64,000 bases of DNA, from NCBI GenBank assembly GCA_965248195.1, contig CBDFIQ010000002.1, positions 2,656,001-2,720,000 of the forward strand, written 5' to 3'. Position 1 is the stretch's first letter, and the number at the start of each line of letters is the position of its first letter. This document shows, piece by piece, positions 10,631 through 20,955 of the stretch. A program made the position numbers and the translations under genes. The notes under the pieces were generated by a model. The model searched no databases and was not told where the DNA came from. It worked only from the letters and a program-made list of their open reading frames with translations. Source of the stretch: Longimicrobiales bacterium. Its GTDB lineage: Bacteria; Gemmatimonadota; Gemmatimonadetes; Longimicrobiales; Gaopeijiaceae.

Positions 10631-11727
10631 CCCCCCGCAGAGTCGGTGGGGATTTGCGCAGGCGCGAGCGCCTCATCGTCCTCCGTGTCCTGCGCCGCCG
10701 CCACAGAGAGCCCCTCGGCATCACTGGGTGGGGCGTCCCATTCGCCGGCTCCGCCCGTTGAGCCCAGACCCTCGACGACCTGGTCTACACGCGGCTGGGT
10801 CCGATCCACGAACGCACGAGCGGCCTCGAGGATGTCCCGGCAGGCGTCGGGTGCAGGCCGAAGTTTGGCGAATTTCACGAGGTCGCAGCGGCTGGCGAAC
10901 CCCTCGAAGGCCTGGACGTCATCCTCCGGGAGATCCGCGCCCCGAAGCCCCTCGACCACCTCGCCCGTGGTCATCTCCAAGGCGTACACACCAAAGCGAC
11001 CTTCGACGTAGGTCCGGATGATCTCAGAAGCGAGGATGTGGTACTCCTTGATCTCTCCGCGCTCCAGGAGGTGGGACGCCTCCAGGCGGGCGAGCGCTTC
11101 GTAGGCGTCCTCGTGCGGAAAGCGTGGAATGACCACCGACCGGCGCGGGCTGGCCTCAACGGGCCTGCGCTTGACCCACAGCCAGTACCCGAGCCCAACG
11201 AGCAGCGCCAGCAGAAGGATCCACGGCAGAACGTGGATCACACTCAGCGGGATGCCGAGCGGCCCCCGGATGGCACGGATGTCCCCCCCTTCGTCCAACC
11301 CGACGCTCTGAACCGTAATCACGTAAGGATCCGTCGAGAGCGTAGTCGAGGACCCGTCCGGCGCCTCCACCCGGATTTCGAAACTCGGAATCTCGAGGTC
11401 CCCGAGCTCGAACGCGGCCAAGGTGAATCGCGCACCCGTGATGGTGCGCCCGCCCTCGTTGGCCGGCGGAAGTATTTCGGCTCCTAGCACCTCGACCGTG
11501 CCGAAACCGAGCGAGTCCGGCCACACCACGATGGCAGCCGGATCGTGCTCCACCCGCACCGTGAACTCCATCCGGTCGCCGACCGAGACCAACGCCGTGT
11601 CCAACTCGGTACGGATCCGGGGCGCCTGGGCGCGGAGCGGCACCGGTGCCAAGGCTACCAGAAGTGCAGCCTCGATAAGGGCAGCCGAAATGCGCCGGCG
11701 AGCGGCCCACCGCACCCGTACCCTCAT
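10627..11727 (-). CDS. Bat-operon single-pass membrane protein (DUF4381/BatD-like)
   Basis: Signal peptide, Ig-like region, TM segment, ALEMTTGE and CDLVKFAK motifs; lies between DUF58 and batA. Confidence 0.75.
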   Translation of the reverse strand: MRVRVRWAARRRISAALIEAALLVALAPVPLRAQAPRIRTELDTALVSVGDRMEFTVRVEHDPAAIVVWPDSLGFGTVEVLGAEILPPANEGGRTITGARFTLAAFELGDLEIPSFEIRVEAPDGSSTTLSTDPYVITVQSVGLDEGGDIRAIRGPLGIPLSVIHVLPWILLLALLVGLGYWLWVKRRPVEASPRRSVVIPRFPHEDAYEALARLEASHLLERGEIKEYHILASEIIRTYVEGRFGVYALEMTTGEVVEGLRGADLPEDDVQAFEGFASRCDLVKFAKLRPAPDACRDILEAARAFVDRTQPRVDQVVEGLGSTGGAGEWDAPPSDAEGLSVAAAQDTEDDEALAPAQIPTDSAGG

Positions 11728-12602
11728 CTGAATCGCCCCTCACGTTCCTTGAAGAAGCGCATCAGCGGCTGCACATACGGCTGGTCTGTCTGGATGTCGA
11801 TCACATCCACCCGGCTGTGCCGGAAGGTTCGCCCCAGATCGGACTGCACCCGGGCCGCCCGCTCCGTGAACTCCGCCTGGAAGCGGGGGTCGGCCGTATT
11901 AACCGTGTGCAGCTTACCAGTCTCCGCGTCCTCGAATTCCATGTATCCAAGCGGGGGGAGTGATGTCTCCCGATCATCCCCCAAGCGCACCGCAATCAGA
12001 TCGTGCCGCCTTCCGGCGACGGACAGCGGCTTCTCGAACCGGGGAGCTTTGAAATCCGACACGAGGAACACGACGGCTCGACGCTTGATCACGTGGGTCA
12101 GATATTCGAGGGCACCGCGGATGTCCGTCCCACGTCCCTCTGGCTTGTGGTAGAAGAGCTCCCTCAGCACGCGGAGCACATGAGGACGGCCCTTTCGGGG
12201 GGGTACGAACTTCTCGATGCGGTCGCTGAAAATGATCAGGCCGACTTTGTCGTTGTTTTTGATGGCAGAGAACGCCAACAACGCGCAGATCTCCACTGCC
12301 ACCTCGCCCTTCATCCGCTCGCGCGTTCCGAAGTCCCCGGATGCGCTCACGTCCACGACCAACATGACGGTGAGCTCCCGCTCCTCTTCGAACACCTTGA
12401 CGAAGGGGTCCCCCGTGCGGGCCGTGACGTTCCAGTCGATGCTGCGGATATCGTCGCCGTACTGATACTCCCGTACCTCGGCGAAATTCATCCCCCGTCC
12501 CTTGAAAACGGAGTGGTATTCACCTGAGAAGACCTCGTTTACGAGGCCACGGGTCCTGATCTCGACACGACGGACCTTTTTGAGGATCTCCCGCGGGATC
12601 AT
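11724..12602 (-). CDS. DUF58 domain protein
   Basis: FKGRGMNFAEVREYQYGDDIRSIDWNVTAR, VDVSAS, SDF. Confidence 0.93.
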   Translation of the reverse strand: MIPREILKKVRRVEIRTRGLVNEVFSGEYHSVFKGRGMNFAEVREYQYGDDIRSIDWNVTARTGDPFVKVFEEERELTVMLVVDVSASGDFGTRERMKGEVAVEICALLAFSAIKNNDKVGLIIFSDRIEKFVPPRKGRPHVLRVLRELFYHKPEGRGTDIRGALEYLTHVIKRRAVVFLVSDFKAPRFEKPLSVAGRRHDLIAVRLGDDRETSLPPLGYMEFEDAETGKLHTVNTADPRFQAEFTERAARVQSDLGRTFRHSRVDVIDIQTDQPYVQPLMRFFKEREGRFR

Positions 12603-12673
12603 GGACGCTGCTCCGGCGCGGCGCGACTCGTGAACGAGGTCATGCTATGCTCCTCCCATGCTCCTCACCGAAC

Positions 12674-13717
12674 CTAGGGCACCTCGATACTGTCGAGTAC
12701 GCGCGTCACCACGTCCTCCGGCGTGACCTCCTCCGCCTCGGCCTCGTAGGTGAGGAGCACACGGTGCCGCATCACATCGAGACCGACGGCCCGGACGTCC
12801 TCGGGGGTTACGTAACCCCGGCGTCGGAGGAAGGCATGCGCACGCGCGGCCTTCGCCAGGTTGATCGTCGCACGGGGCGAAGCGCCGAAGCGGATGAGGT
12901 CCACGAGGTCGGCGAGACCGTGGGCGGCGGGGTCTCGAGTCGCGAAGACGAGCTCCACGATGTACCGCTCGACCTGATTGTCCATATAGATCATCTGGAC
13001 AGCGCGCCGCGCCCGCAGAATCTCCTCGGGTGTGATGATCGTGGAGACCTCATGCGCCGGCCCACCCGCCACCCGGCGGAGGATTTCCACTTCCTCATCC
13101 TTGTTCGGGTATCCGACCGACAACTTCAGCATGAAGCGGTCGACCTGGGCCTCGGGGAGTGGATACGTGCCTTCTTGCTCGATCGGGTTCTGCGTAGCGA
13201 GAACGAGGAAGGGGTCGTCCAGGGGAAAGGTGTTCTGTCCGATCGTGACCTGATGCTCCTGCATCGCCTCCAGCAGCGCCGCCTGTACCTTCGCTGGCGA
13301 GCGGTTGATCTCGTCGGCCAGGATGACATTGGCGAAGATCGGGCCCTTCTTCGTTTGAAACTCCGACGATTTGGGATCGTAGATCAATGTCCCGATCAGG
13401 TCCGCCGGCAAGAGGTCGGGCGTGAACTGAATGCGCTGGAACGAAGTCTTTATCACCTTGGCCAGCGTGCTGACCGTGAGCGTTTTCGCCAGCCCGGGGA
13501 CGCCCTCCATGAGCACATGGCCATCCGCCAGTAGTCCGATGAGCAACCGCTCCACCATGTACCGCTGCCCCACGATTACGTGGGCCACCTCGTCCTGCAG
13601 GCGGCTCACGAAGCCGCTCTCTTCCTGGATCTTGGCCTGGATGACCTCGATGTCCGCGTGCATCCCAGGCGCGGATCGGGCTTCGGGCACCGTGTCCATC
13701 AAATCTTGATCTGCCAT
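12674..13717 (-). CDS. moxR: MoxR-family AAA+ ATPase
   Basis: EGVPGLAKT Walker A, RIQFTPDLLPAD, DEINR, ATQNPIEQEGTYPLPEAQVDRF; start chosen at MADQ, uncertain. Confidence 0.95.
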   Translation of the reverse strand: MADQDLMDTVPEARSAPGMHADIEVIQAKIQEESGFVSRLQDEVAHVIVGQRYMVERLLIGLLADGHVLMEGVPGLAKTLTVSTLAKVIKTSFQRIQFTPDLLPADLIGTLIYDPKSSEFQTKKGPIFANVILADEINRSPAKVQAALLEAMQEHQVTIGQNTFPLDDPFLVLATQNPIEQEGTYPLPEAQVDRFMLKLSVGYPNKDEEVEILRRVAGGPAHEVSTIITPEEILRARRAVQMIYMDNQVERYIVELVFATRDPAAHGLADLVDLIRFGASPRATINLAKAARAHAFLRRRGYVTPEDVRAVGLDVMRHRVLLTYEAEAEEVTPEDVVTRVLDSIEVP

Positions 13718-13936
13718 GTAGGTCTTTCCGTCTCCACCTGTTTCGAAAAACAAGGCCACCAAACGATCACTCCTTTGGCTGATCGTCCATGGCACCGCCG
13801 CGAGAATATACCAAATGAGGCGCCCTCGAGGTTCCCAAAGAAGCGTGCGTGAGACCCCTTATCGCGCACGTCGCCCACTGGAGGTCTACAGAGGTGAGAT
13901 CAAGGTAGTCACCTGAGACGTTGCCTCCGGCCTCGA

Positions 13937-15805
13937 TCAGCGTCCCTCCCCCTGCAGCCAGGTTTCAAGGGTAAGCAACGCCCAAAGCTGTTGCGAGAAA
14001 TCAATCTTGCCGTCCATGTGCTCCGCTGCCCGGCCGGTCACGTAATCTCGATCCAGCCATTCCCACAGTCTGGCGTCGGCCGTGAGCACGCGTTCATTCA
14101 GGACCTCACGCCAGGGGCCACGAAACCAGTCCGGAAGTGGCACCGCAAAACCCTGCTTCCCCCGGTCGCGCACAGCGGGTGGAACCACGTCAGAGAACGC
14201 CTTACGCAAGACGTACTTGAGTGTCCCTCTCCGGCGGAGGAGACGCGGTGGGAGACCGGCAGCGTACTCGACCAGGTCGGTGTCCAGAAATGGAACGCGG
14301 AGCTCCATGCTGTTCGCCATCCCCATTCGGTCCGCCTTGACCAGGAGATCATCGACGAGGTAGGTACCGAAGTTTGCGGAGAGCGAGCGAGCGAGAACGT
14401 TGCTTCGCCCGTTCATCGCCTTACGGATGCTGGCCGCCACGTCGGGGAGCGCCGCAGCGTCGAGCTTCATGACCTGCCCCAGGTCGGCCACGAAGAACCC
14501 CACCCAATGGAGCCACCGTTCTTCCTCGGGAAGGCCCGCCGCCTCGAAGAAACGTAGGATTCGTCTTCTCGCACCACGGTGGTGAGGATCGTGGGGTAGG
14601 GCCGACATGATCTTCCGTCCCACCGCCGCGCCCCATCCAGGTACTCTCGAAGCCATTTCCATTGCCCGAAGCCGAAGGTAGCCGCAAAAGAGCTCGTCCG
14701 AGCCCTCGCCTGACAGGGCCACGGTCACATTCTCCTTGGCGAGTTGGGTCACGGCGTACGTGGGCAGGGCAGAAGAGTCCCCAAAGGGTCCGTCGTGCGC
14801 AGCCACCAGCGTATCGAGCTGCTCGATACAGTCCGGACCGATGGCGACCTCATGGTGGACCGTCCCGAGTCGCTTGGAGACCAGCCGCGCGAACGCAGCC
14901 TCGTCGTATTTGGGAGAGCCCGCGAAGCTGGCTGTGAACGTCTGCACCCGCCCATCAGTGAGGGAGCTCACGACGGCTGTAATGATGGTCGAGTCCAAGC
15001 CGCCCGAGAGCAGGACGCCCAGTGGCACGTCGGCGATCAGCCGCCGCTTCACGGATTGGCGAAACAGGCGACGAACCTCCCGCTTCGCCTGGCGCCACGG
15101 CACAGAGCGAGGATCGAAGTCGGCCTGCCAGTAGGTGCGGATCCGCGGCTGGACGCCCTCCTCCACGATCATGCACGAGGCCGGACGAAGTGTGCGGACG
15201 TTTCGGTAGAACGTCCCGGGAGTCGGTACATATCCGAAGGCGAGGTACGACGGAAGTGCCGAGGGATTCAACCCGGCATCGAGATCGGGGCTTCGCATCA
15301 GCCCCTTCAACTCGGAGGCCCAAACAATACGTTCACCGTCGTGGTATACGAACAGGGGCTTGATCCCCATTCGATCACGCCCGAGTAGAAGTCGGCCTGC
15401 CTCATCGTCCCAGATGGCGAAGGCGAACTGACCGCGGAGGTGCTCCACCAGGTCCAGACCCCACTCCTCATAGGCATGAACGACGACCTCGCAATCTCCC
15501 GCCGATCGGAACACGTGGCCGCGATCCTTCAGCCGGCTCCGCAGAGACTCGTAGTTGTAGATCATGCCGTTCACGACGGTCGCGATGGAGCCCGTTTCGT
15601 TCACGATGGGCTGCCCGCCCGTTTCGAGATCGATTACGGCGAGTCGTGTATGACCGAGGACGCAACGACCGGAAGGAGCGCCCCAGGACCCGGACGAGTC
15701 CGGACCACGATGACGCATCTCCGCAGCCATGCGCTCAACGCGGGATCGAGCTTCCTGGGCCAGCGGGGTCGGGCCCCGAGCGACGATTCCAGCAATTCCG
15801 CACAT
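13937..15805 (-). CDS. asnB: Asparagine synthase-family glutamine amidotransferase (probably glycan amidation)
   Basis: MCGIAG N-terminal nucleophile, HRGPD, RDRMGIKPL, LSGGLDS, SGEGSDELF, ELRVPFLD, KQGF. Confidence 0.93.
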   Translation of the reverse strand: MCGIAGIVARGPTPLAQEARSRVERMAAEMRHRGPDSSGSWGAPSGRCVLGHTRLAVIDLETGGQPIVNETGSIATVVNGMIYNYESLRSRLKDRGHVFRSAGDCEVVVHAYEEWGLDLVEHLRGQFAFAIWDDEAGRLLLGRDRMGIKPLFVYHDGERIVWASELKGLMRSPDLDAGLNPSALPSYLAFGYVPTPGTFYRNVRTLRPASCMIVEEGVQPRIRTYWQADFDPRSVPWRQAKREVRRLFRQSVKRRLIADVPLGVLLSGGLDSTIITAVVSSLTDGRVQTFTASFAGSPKYDEAAFARLVSKRLGTVHHEVAIGPDCIEQLDTLVAAHDGPFGDSSALPTYAVTQLAKENVTVALSGEGSDELFCGYLRLRAMEMASRVPGWGAAVGRKIMSALPHDPHHRGARRRILRFFEAAGLPEEERWLHWVGFFVADLGQVMKLDAAALPDVAASIRKAMNGRSNVLARSLSANFGTYLVDDLLVKADRMGMANSMELRVPFLDTDLVEYAAGLPPRLLRRRGTLKYVLRKAFSDVVPPAVRDRGKQGFAVPLPDWFRGPWREVLNERVLTADARLWEWLDRDYVTGRAAEHMDGKIDFSQQLWALLTLETWLQGEGR

Positions 15806-15892
15806 GCTCAGAGGCCTGGTGAAGAAGTGGGGCGAGTCACCGCCCGCAGGGTTTCACGAACTTCATGTCGGAGAGGAGTCGCGGTCCACAAG

Positions 15893-15964
15893 TTAGCGTG
15901 CCCCCTTTATTAGCCTGCCCCCTTTAGGTGTTGCATGGTAGACTATATGTAGCACATGTAGCAC
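15893..15964. promoter_or_regulatory. Divergent promoter region with two tandem direct repeats
   Basis: TTAGC(G/C)TGCCCCCTTTA x2 (15893-15926) and ATGTAGCAC x2 (15947-15964) between asnB and rfbG. Confidence 0.5.
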
Positions 15965-16085
15965 CCCGGAGGGGACACTTCCACTGAGCCTGCGCCCGGT
16001 GAATTCACTCGGGATGGCGTTTCGCAACGGAGGAGTGATGGCGACACGGGGGGCTGCGTGGGCGTCCTCCAAGGTGGGAGCAGAC

Positions 16086-17204
16086 ATGACGGCGTCGCCA
16101 ACGCTGAGCACATCAACTGGTTTTCAGGGGCGAACAGTCCTGCTCACCGGCCACACTGGCTTCAAGGGTTCGTGGCTCGCCGCATGGCTCGTAGAGCTCG
16201 GTGCCAAAGTCGTTGGAGTCGCTCGCGATGTCCCCACCCAACCGTCGCATTTCGAGGCGGCGAGGCTGTCGAACGTTCTGACCGACCTCCGACTCGATCT
16301 CAGAAATCCAGAGGCGATCGACAAAGCCGTGAGGGAAGTCGAGCCGGACTTCGTGTTCCACCTTGCCGCCCAGGCCCTGGTCCGCCGAGCGTACTCGGAT
16401 CCCATAGAGACATATGCCACGAACGTCATGGGCACCATCCACCTCCTAGAGTCACTCAGAAAGTTGAAAAAACCGTGCGTTGCCGTATTGATCACTAGCG
16501 ACAAGTGCTACGACAACGTGGAGTGGTCCTGGGGGTACCGTGAAACCGACCGACTCGGGGGATCCGATCCCTACAGCGGCTCAAAAGGAGCTGCAGAGCT
16601 GGCGATTCGCTCCCATGTTCGCTCATTTTTCAGCGATGATTCCTGTCCCGTGCGCCTTGCGGTTGGCCGAGCCGGAAACGTGATCGGAGGCGGAGATTGG
16701 GCGGCCGATCGCATCGTGCCGGATTGTGTACGGTGCTGGTCGGCGGACGAGGTTGTCCCACTACGCAACCCCACGTCCACCCGACCCTGGCAACACGTCC
16801 TGGAGCCGTTAGGCGGGTATCTCACCCTCGCCTCGGCGCTTAGCGAAAGCCGGGAGCTTCACGGGGAGGCCTTCAACTTTGGTCCCGCCTCCGCGGAGGA
16901 CCATACCGTGACGGATTTGGTCCAGCAGATGGGCGAGCATTGGGATTCGGTGCGTTGGGAAGACGCTTCGAAACCGGAGGATGGTCAACACGAAGCCGGA
17001 TTATTGAAGCTGAATTGTGACAAGGCGCTCCATCGGCTCGGATGGCACGCGGTGCTGGGTTTCGCAGACACGGTTCGATTCACGGCCGAGTGGTACGGAC
17101 GATACTACGAGGATCCGCTGAACTCTCACTGGGAACTGACGCGATCGCAAATCGTCGAGTATATGGAGCTCGCGAAGCGCCAGGGCCTCGCGTGGGCGGG
17201 ATGA
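16086..17204 (+). CDS. rfbG: CDP-glucose 4,6-dehydratase
   Basis: LTGHTGFKGSWL, HLAAQALV, TSDKCY, DPYSGSK, RAGNVIGGGDW, RPWQHVLEPL. Confidence 0.95.
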   Translation: MTASPTLSTSTGFQGRTVLLTGHTGFKGSWLAAWLVELGAKVVGVARDVPTQPSHFEAARLSNVLTDLRLDLRNPEAIDKAVREVEPDFVFHLAAQALVRRAYSDPIETYATNVMGTIHLLESLRKLKKPCVAVLITSDKCYDNVEWSWGYRETDRLGGSDPYSGSKGAAELAIRSHVRSFFSDDSCPVRLAVGRAGNVIGGGDWAADRIVPDCVRCWSADEVVPLRNPTSTRPWQHVLEPLGGYLTLASALSESRELHGEAFNFGPASAEDHTVTDLVQQMGEHWDSVRWEDASKPEDGQHEAGLLKLNCDKALHRLGWHAVLGFADTVRFTAEWYGRYYEDPLNSHWELTRSQIVEYMELAKRQGLAWAG

Positions 17205-17629
17205 CATTGGAACAGGTTCGACTGGTGTCCCTGCCCCGCATCCCGAGCGCAGGGGGTGAGGTGTTACGGGCCCTCAGATGTACGGACGACGAATTCGTGG
17301 GATTTGGAGAAGCGTATTTTTCCATTGTGCGCCAGGCAGCGGTAAAGGCATGGAAACAACATCAGCGGATGACCTCGAATCTGGTCGTGCCGTACGGCCG
17401 GGTGCGCTTCGTCTTCTACACTCCCGACGCCGGATCGGAATTTCTCGTCCATGAGGTCGGCGAGGGCAACTACGGGCGACTCACGGTACCTTCAGGGATC
17501 TGGTTCGGTTTCCAGGGCCTCGCCGAACCACACAGCATAGTGCTGAACGTGGCCGATCTCGTTCACGATCCCGACGAATGTCTGACCAAGGAAAGAGACG
17601 CAATTCCCTTTGACTGGCCGGAGTCGTAG
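17201..17629 (+). CDS. NDP-4-keto-6-deoxyhexose 3,5-epimerase (RmlC-like cupin)
   Basis: FGEAYFS, VKAWKQH, LTVPSGIWFGFQG; ATGA overlap with rfbG. Confidence 0.85.
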   Translation: MTLEQVRLVSLPRIPSAGGEVLRALRCTDDEFVGFGEAYFSIVRQAAVKAWKQHQRMTSNLVVPYGRVRFVFYTPDAGSEFLVHEVGEGNYGRLTVPSGIWFGFQGLAEPHSIVLNVADLVHDPDECLTKERDAIPFDWPES

Positions 17630-17634
17630 CTGAC

Positions 17635-18399
17635 ATGAACGTAATTATCCTCGCCGGTGGCCTTGGCACACGACTCTCGGAGTACACCGAATCGCTTCCA
17701 AAGCCGATGGTGCCCATAGGGGGACGACCGATGCTGTGGCACATGATGAACACCTACGCACGTTACGACCACAAGGATTTTTACGTTGCGTTGGGCTTCA
17801 AGGGCGAGCTGATCAAGGAGTACTTTACGAACTACCGCACCCTCAACTCGAATTTCACGGTGGATCTCGGTAGTGGAGCGGTGGCCCCCCACGAGACTGA
17901 CGGCGTGGATTGGCGCGTTACCCTGGTCGATACGGGTGCAGCGACTATGACGGGCGGACGTGTGAAGAGGATGCGGGAGTACGTCGGGGACGAGACTTGC
18001 CTCGTGACCTACGGCGACGGCGTCGCGAACCTCGACTTGGATCGCCTCTTGGATTTCCACAGAAGCCATGGCAAGCTTGCCACCATCACCGCCGTACGTC
18101 CTGGAGCGCGCTTTGGAGAACTCGACCTGGACGAAGAACGCGTGGTCTCGTTTCGAGAAAAGCCCCAGCTGGGTCAAGGGTGGATCAACGGCGGTTACTT
18201 CGTCCTCGAGCCCGCCTTTTTCGACCTGATCCAAGGAGACGCTACACTACTCGAAAGGGAGCCCCTGGAGCAGGCGTCCAGCTCTGGAGAGTTGATGGCC
18301 TTCCGCCACGAGGGCTTCTGGCAGTGTATGGATACGAAACGAGATCGAGACCTCCTGGAGTCGTTGTGGGGCTCAGGTGATCCCCCCTGGCAGAAGTAG
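17635..18399 (+). CDS. rfbF: Glucose-1-phosphate cytidylyltransferase
   Basis: LAGGLGTRLSE..PKPMVPIG, TMTGGR, TYGDG, WINGGYFV, GFWQCMDT. Confidence 0.95.
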   Translation: MNVIILAGGLGTRLSEYTESLPKPMVPIGGRPMLWHMMNTYARYDHKDFYVALGFKGELIKEYFTNYRTLNSNFTVDLGSGAVAPHETDGVDWRVTLVDTGAATMTGGRVKRMREYVGDETCLVTYGDGVANLDLDRLLDFHRSHGKLATITAVRPGARFGELDLDEERVVSFREKPQLGQGWINGGYFVLEPAFFDLIQGDATLLEREPLEQASSSGELMAFRHEGFWQCMDTKRDRDLLESLWGSGDPPWQK

Positions 18400-18422
18400 T
18401 CTTCGGTGGGTATCCCGATTCC

Positions 18423-19376
18423 ATGAATGTCTTGATTACCGGTGGATTCGGATTCGTGGGTGGCAGGCTCGCGACCGCACTGTCCAGTCGGCTGGACGCC
18501 CGTGTGTTGCTTGGCTCCAGAGCCGTGCGGAAGGCGCCTTCCTGGCTACCCGAAGCGATTCCCGTCCAAACCGATTGGGGGTCCACGGAGAAGCTCGACG
18601 AGGCCCTCCGAGGAATCGATCTCGTGGTGCATTTGGCAACGATGAATGCGGCCGGGGCCGCGCGTGACCCGGAGAAGGCGGTGACTGCGAGCCAGGACCG
18701 GACCGCCCGTCTCTTGGAAGCGGCCAGGAGACAAAGGGTGGCACGCTTCATCTACCTCTCCACGGCACACGTCTACGGCCAGTTGTGCGGAAGGATCGAT
18801 GAGGAGATGACTCCACAACCTCGACACCCCTACGCCGAGAGCCATCGGGTGGCCGAATCCGCCGTCCTCGCGTCTGCTCCGGAAGGGGGGGCCACAGGAG
18901 TCGTTCTCAGACCGTCCAACGCCTTCGGAGCCCCAGTGAAGCCGGACACGGATTGCTGGACACTGGTGGTCAACGACCTCTGTCGTCAGGCCGTGACCAC
19001 AGGGGAGCTTCGACTTCACTCCCCTCGCGTGCAGCGACGAGATTTCATCACGATGACCGACTTGTGTCGCGCTGTGTTACACGTGATCGAAACACCCGAC
19101 GAGGCCTTGGGAGACGGCATCCTCAACGTGGGCGGCGATTGGGCACCGACCATACTAGAGATGGCCGTGCGCATCCAGAGATGTTGCGCAGCTGTGCTCG
19201 GAGCGGAGCCCGACATAGTCACAAGCGTGGCGGATCCGGACGAGATTCCTCCTCCTCTCGAGTTCTGCATCGACAAGATCCGGGGAACCGGCTTCGAGCT
19301 CGATCAGAACTGGGACGGAGAGCTGCAGGAGTTGCTGCTCTTCTGTCGGGCCCACTTCGGCGCCATGCCGCTATGA
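18423..19376 (+). CDS. NAD-dependent epimerase/dehydratase/reductase (extended SDR)
   Basis: ITGGFGFVG, LSTAHVYG, PYAESH (YxxxH variant), QRRDFI. Confidence 0.88.
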   Translation: MNVLITGGFGFVGGRLATALSSRLDARVLLGSRAVRKAPSWLPEAIPVQTDWGSTEKLDEALRGIDLVVHLATMNAAGAARDPEKAVTASQDRTARLLEAARRQRVARFIYLSTAHVYGQLCGRIDEEMTPQPRHPYAESHRVAESAVLASAPEGGATGVVLRPSNAFGAPVKPDTDCWTLVVNDLCRQAVTTGELRLHSPRVQRRDFITMTDLCRAVLHVIETPDEALGDGILNVGGDWAPTILEMAVRIQRCCAAVLGAEPDIVTSVADPDEIPPPLEFCIDKIRGTGFELDQNWDGELQELLLFCRAHFGAMPL

Positions 19377-20059
19377 TGGAGTGGCCGGACCCGAATCCGA
19401 GAACCGGCCAGAGCTTTGCCGAGGACTCCCCGGTCGGAGATCGGTGGCAGACCCGTCTCAAGAAACTACTCTATCCGATCGTTCTCCCTATTCGCACTCG
19501 ATTCGTGGGGCTACGGCGAGCACTTGACTGTTTGAGGACACCTATATTCTCGGACTTCAGGGGATCGGAGTTCGACTATGTCGTCTCAAGGCTTGGGAAA
19601 TCCCGAATCGAGACGGGTACAATCCTGATACAGGTGTATGGGACATTCGGCGGCGATCATTTCAGCGATCTCCGTGGCGGCTTGGAGCACGGCTATAACC
19701 ACCTTCTTCTGGACTCAAACGCCTACGGGGAGTTCGTAGACCACATGACGATACCGGGAATCGACGTCGTTGACGGATCTCTGAAGGACGGACGCCTTTA
19801 CATCGATCTGGACTTGTTCAGTCACCTGGGGTGGCGCGACTATCATCGGATGTTCAGCGAGGTGCTGCACCTGGATCTATTCACCACGCACCTAGACCCT
19901 GAGTCAGTAAAGTTCAGGGACCAATTCCCAAAAAAATGGTCGGCCCTACTCGAAAAGGGATATGCGGAAGAGGATCTGCTTGTCTCCACAGTAGTGGTGC
20001 TCGGTCGGTTCAAGAGTACTCCTACCCAGCCAGCTGTTGCAGAATCGACTCTCTCGTGA
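19373..20059 (+). CDS. Hypothetical protein; possibly an internally deleted SAM methyltransferase
   Basis: ATGA overlap with upstream gene; TILIQ runs directly into VYGTFGGDHF..YNHLLLD with no glycine-rich motif I; visibly lower GC. Confidence 0.55.
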   Translation: MMEWPDPNPRTGQSFAEDSPVGDRWQTRLKKLLYPIVLPIRTRFVGLRRALDCLRTPIFSDFRGSEFDYVVSRLGKSRIETGTILIQVYGTFGGDHFSDLRGGLEHGYNHLLLDSNAYGEFVDHMTIPGIDVVDGSLKDGRLYIDLDLFSHLGWRDYHRMFSEVLHLDLFTTHLDPESVKFRDQFPKKWSALLEKGYAEEDLLVSTVVVLGRFKSTPTQPAVAESTLS

Positions 20060-20105
20060 AGATCATGGGACCCTGGCTTCTCGAGATAAGGTGTTGAGTT
20101 CGAAC

Positions 20106-20945
20106 ATGGCCTCCGTTCAGTCCCCCGTTCGACGGATGCTGAAGCCGCTCCTTTTCAGGCTCTTGGGGCGCCGCGGCTACTTCCACATGCAGGTCTACGC
20201 CAAGGCGAAGGACATTCGGGAGAGACTCGTCGAGGAGAAGGAGATGGCTCTCCTCCCCCGACTGATCGACGAGGGTGACCACGTCTTGGACATCGGGGCG
20301 AACTTCGCCTACTACAGCACGAGACTCTCAGCCTTGGTGGGAGGGGCAGGCAAGGTTACCGCGTTTGAGCCGATCCCGTTCACGCACGACGTCTGCTTTG
20401 CCCTCCTGAAGAAGTTGGGTGCCACGAACGTCGCACTCTTCCAGAAGGGGGTCGGCGCGCGCGACGACCAGGTGGAGTTCAGTGTTCCACTTCAGGACTT
20501 CGGAGCGATGAGCGCCGGCCAGGCACACATGGCGGAGCGGAACAATGAGCTCGAGGGGAAGGAGAACTACTATTCGTTCAACCGCGCTACCGAGTTCACT
20601 TGCCATGTCGTCGCGTTGGACGACTTTTTGACGCTCGACGAACGTCCTCTTTCTTTCGTGAAGATCGACATCGAGGGGGCGGAATTTTACGCCCTCCAGG
20701 GCATGCGCCGACTGTTGGAGGAGCACCGCCCTGTCGTGCTGATCGAGATTCAGCCCTTCTTCCTGGAGGGGTTCGGGATCGAGGAGTCCGCGCTCGTCAA
20801 ACTCATCGACCATCTCGGATACGATCTGTACCTTTACAACAAGGGCAGTGGGAAGCTCCGTCGCCACCTTGCTGCCCTCATCGATAGCAATTACTTGATG
20901 ATTCACCGGGACAGGATCGCCGAATTCGAGGACATCCTGGACTGA
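20106..20945 (+). CDS. FkbM-family methyltransferase
   Basis: VLDIGANFAYYS, AFEP, FVKIDIEGAE, RPVVLIEI. Confidence 0.9.
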   Translation: MASVQSPVRRMLKPLLFRLLGRRGYFHMQVYAKAKDIRERLVEEKEMALLPRLIDEGDHVLDIGANFAYYSTRLSALVGGAGKVTAFEPIPFTHDVCFALLKKLGATNVALFQKGVGARDDQVEFSVPLQDFGAMSAGQAHMAERNNELEGKENYYSFNRATEFTCHVVALDDFLTLDERPLSFVKIDIEGAEFYALQGMRRLLEEHRPVVLIEIQPFFLEGFGIEESALVKLIDHLGYDLYLYNKGSGKLRRHLAALIDSNYLMIHRDRIAEFEDILD

Positions 20946-20955
20946 GCGCTACGAG

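Noticed and set aside
16030..16065. ops/JUMPstart element before rfbG
   Set aside because: GGGGGCTGCGTG only loosely resembles GGCGGTAG; too weak to support.
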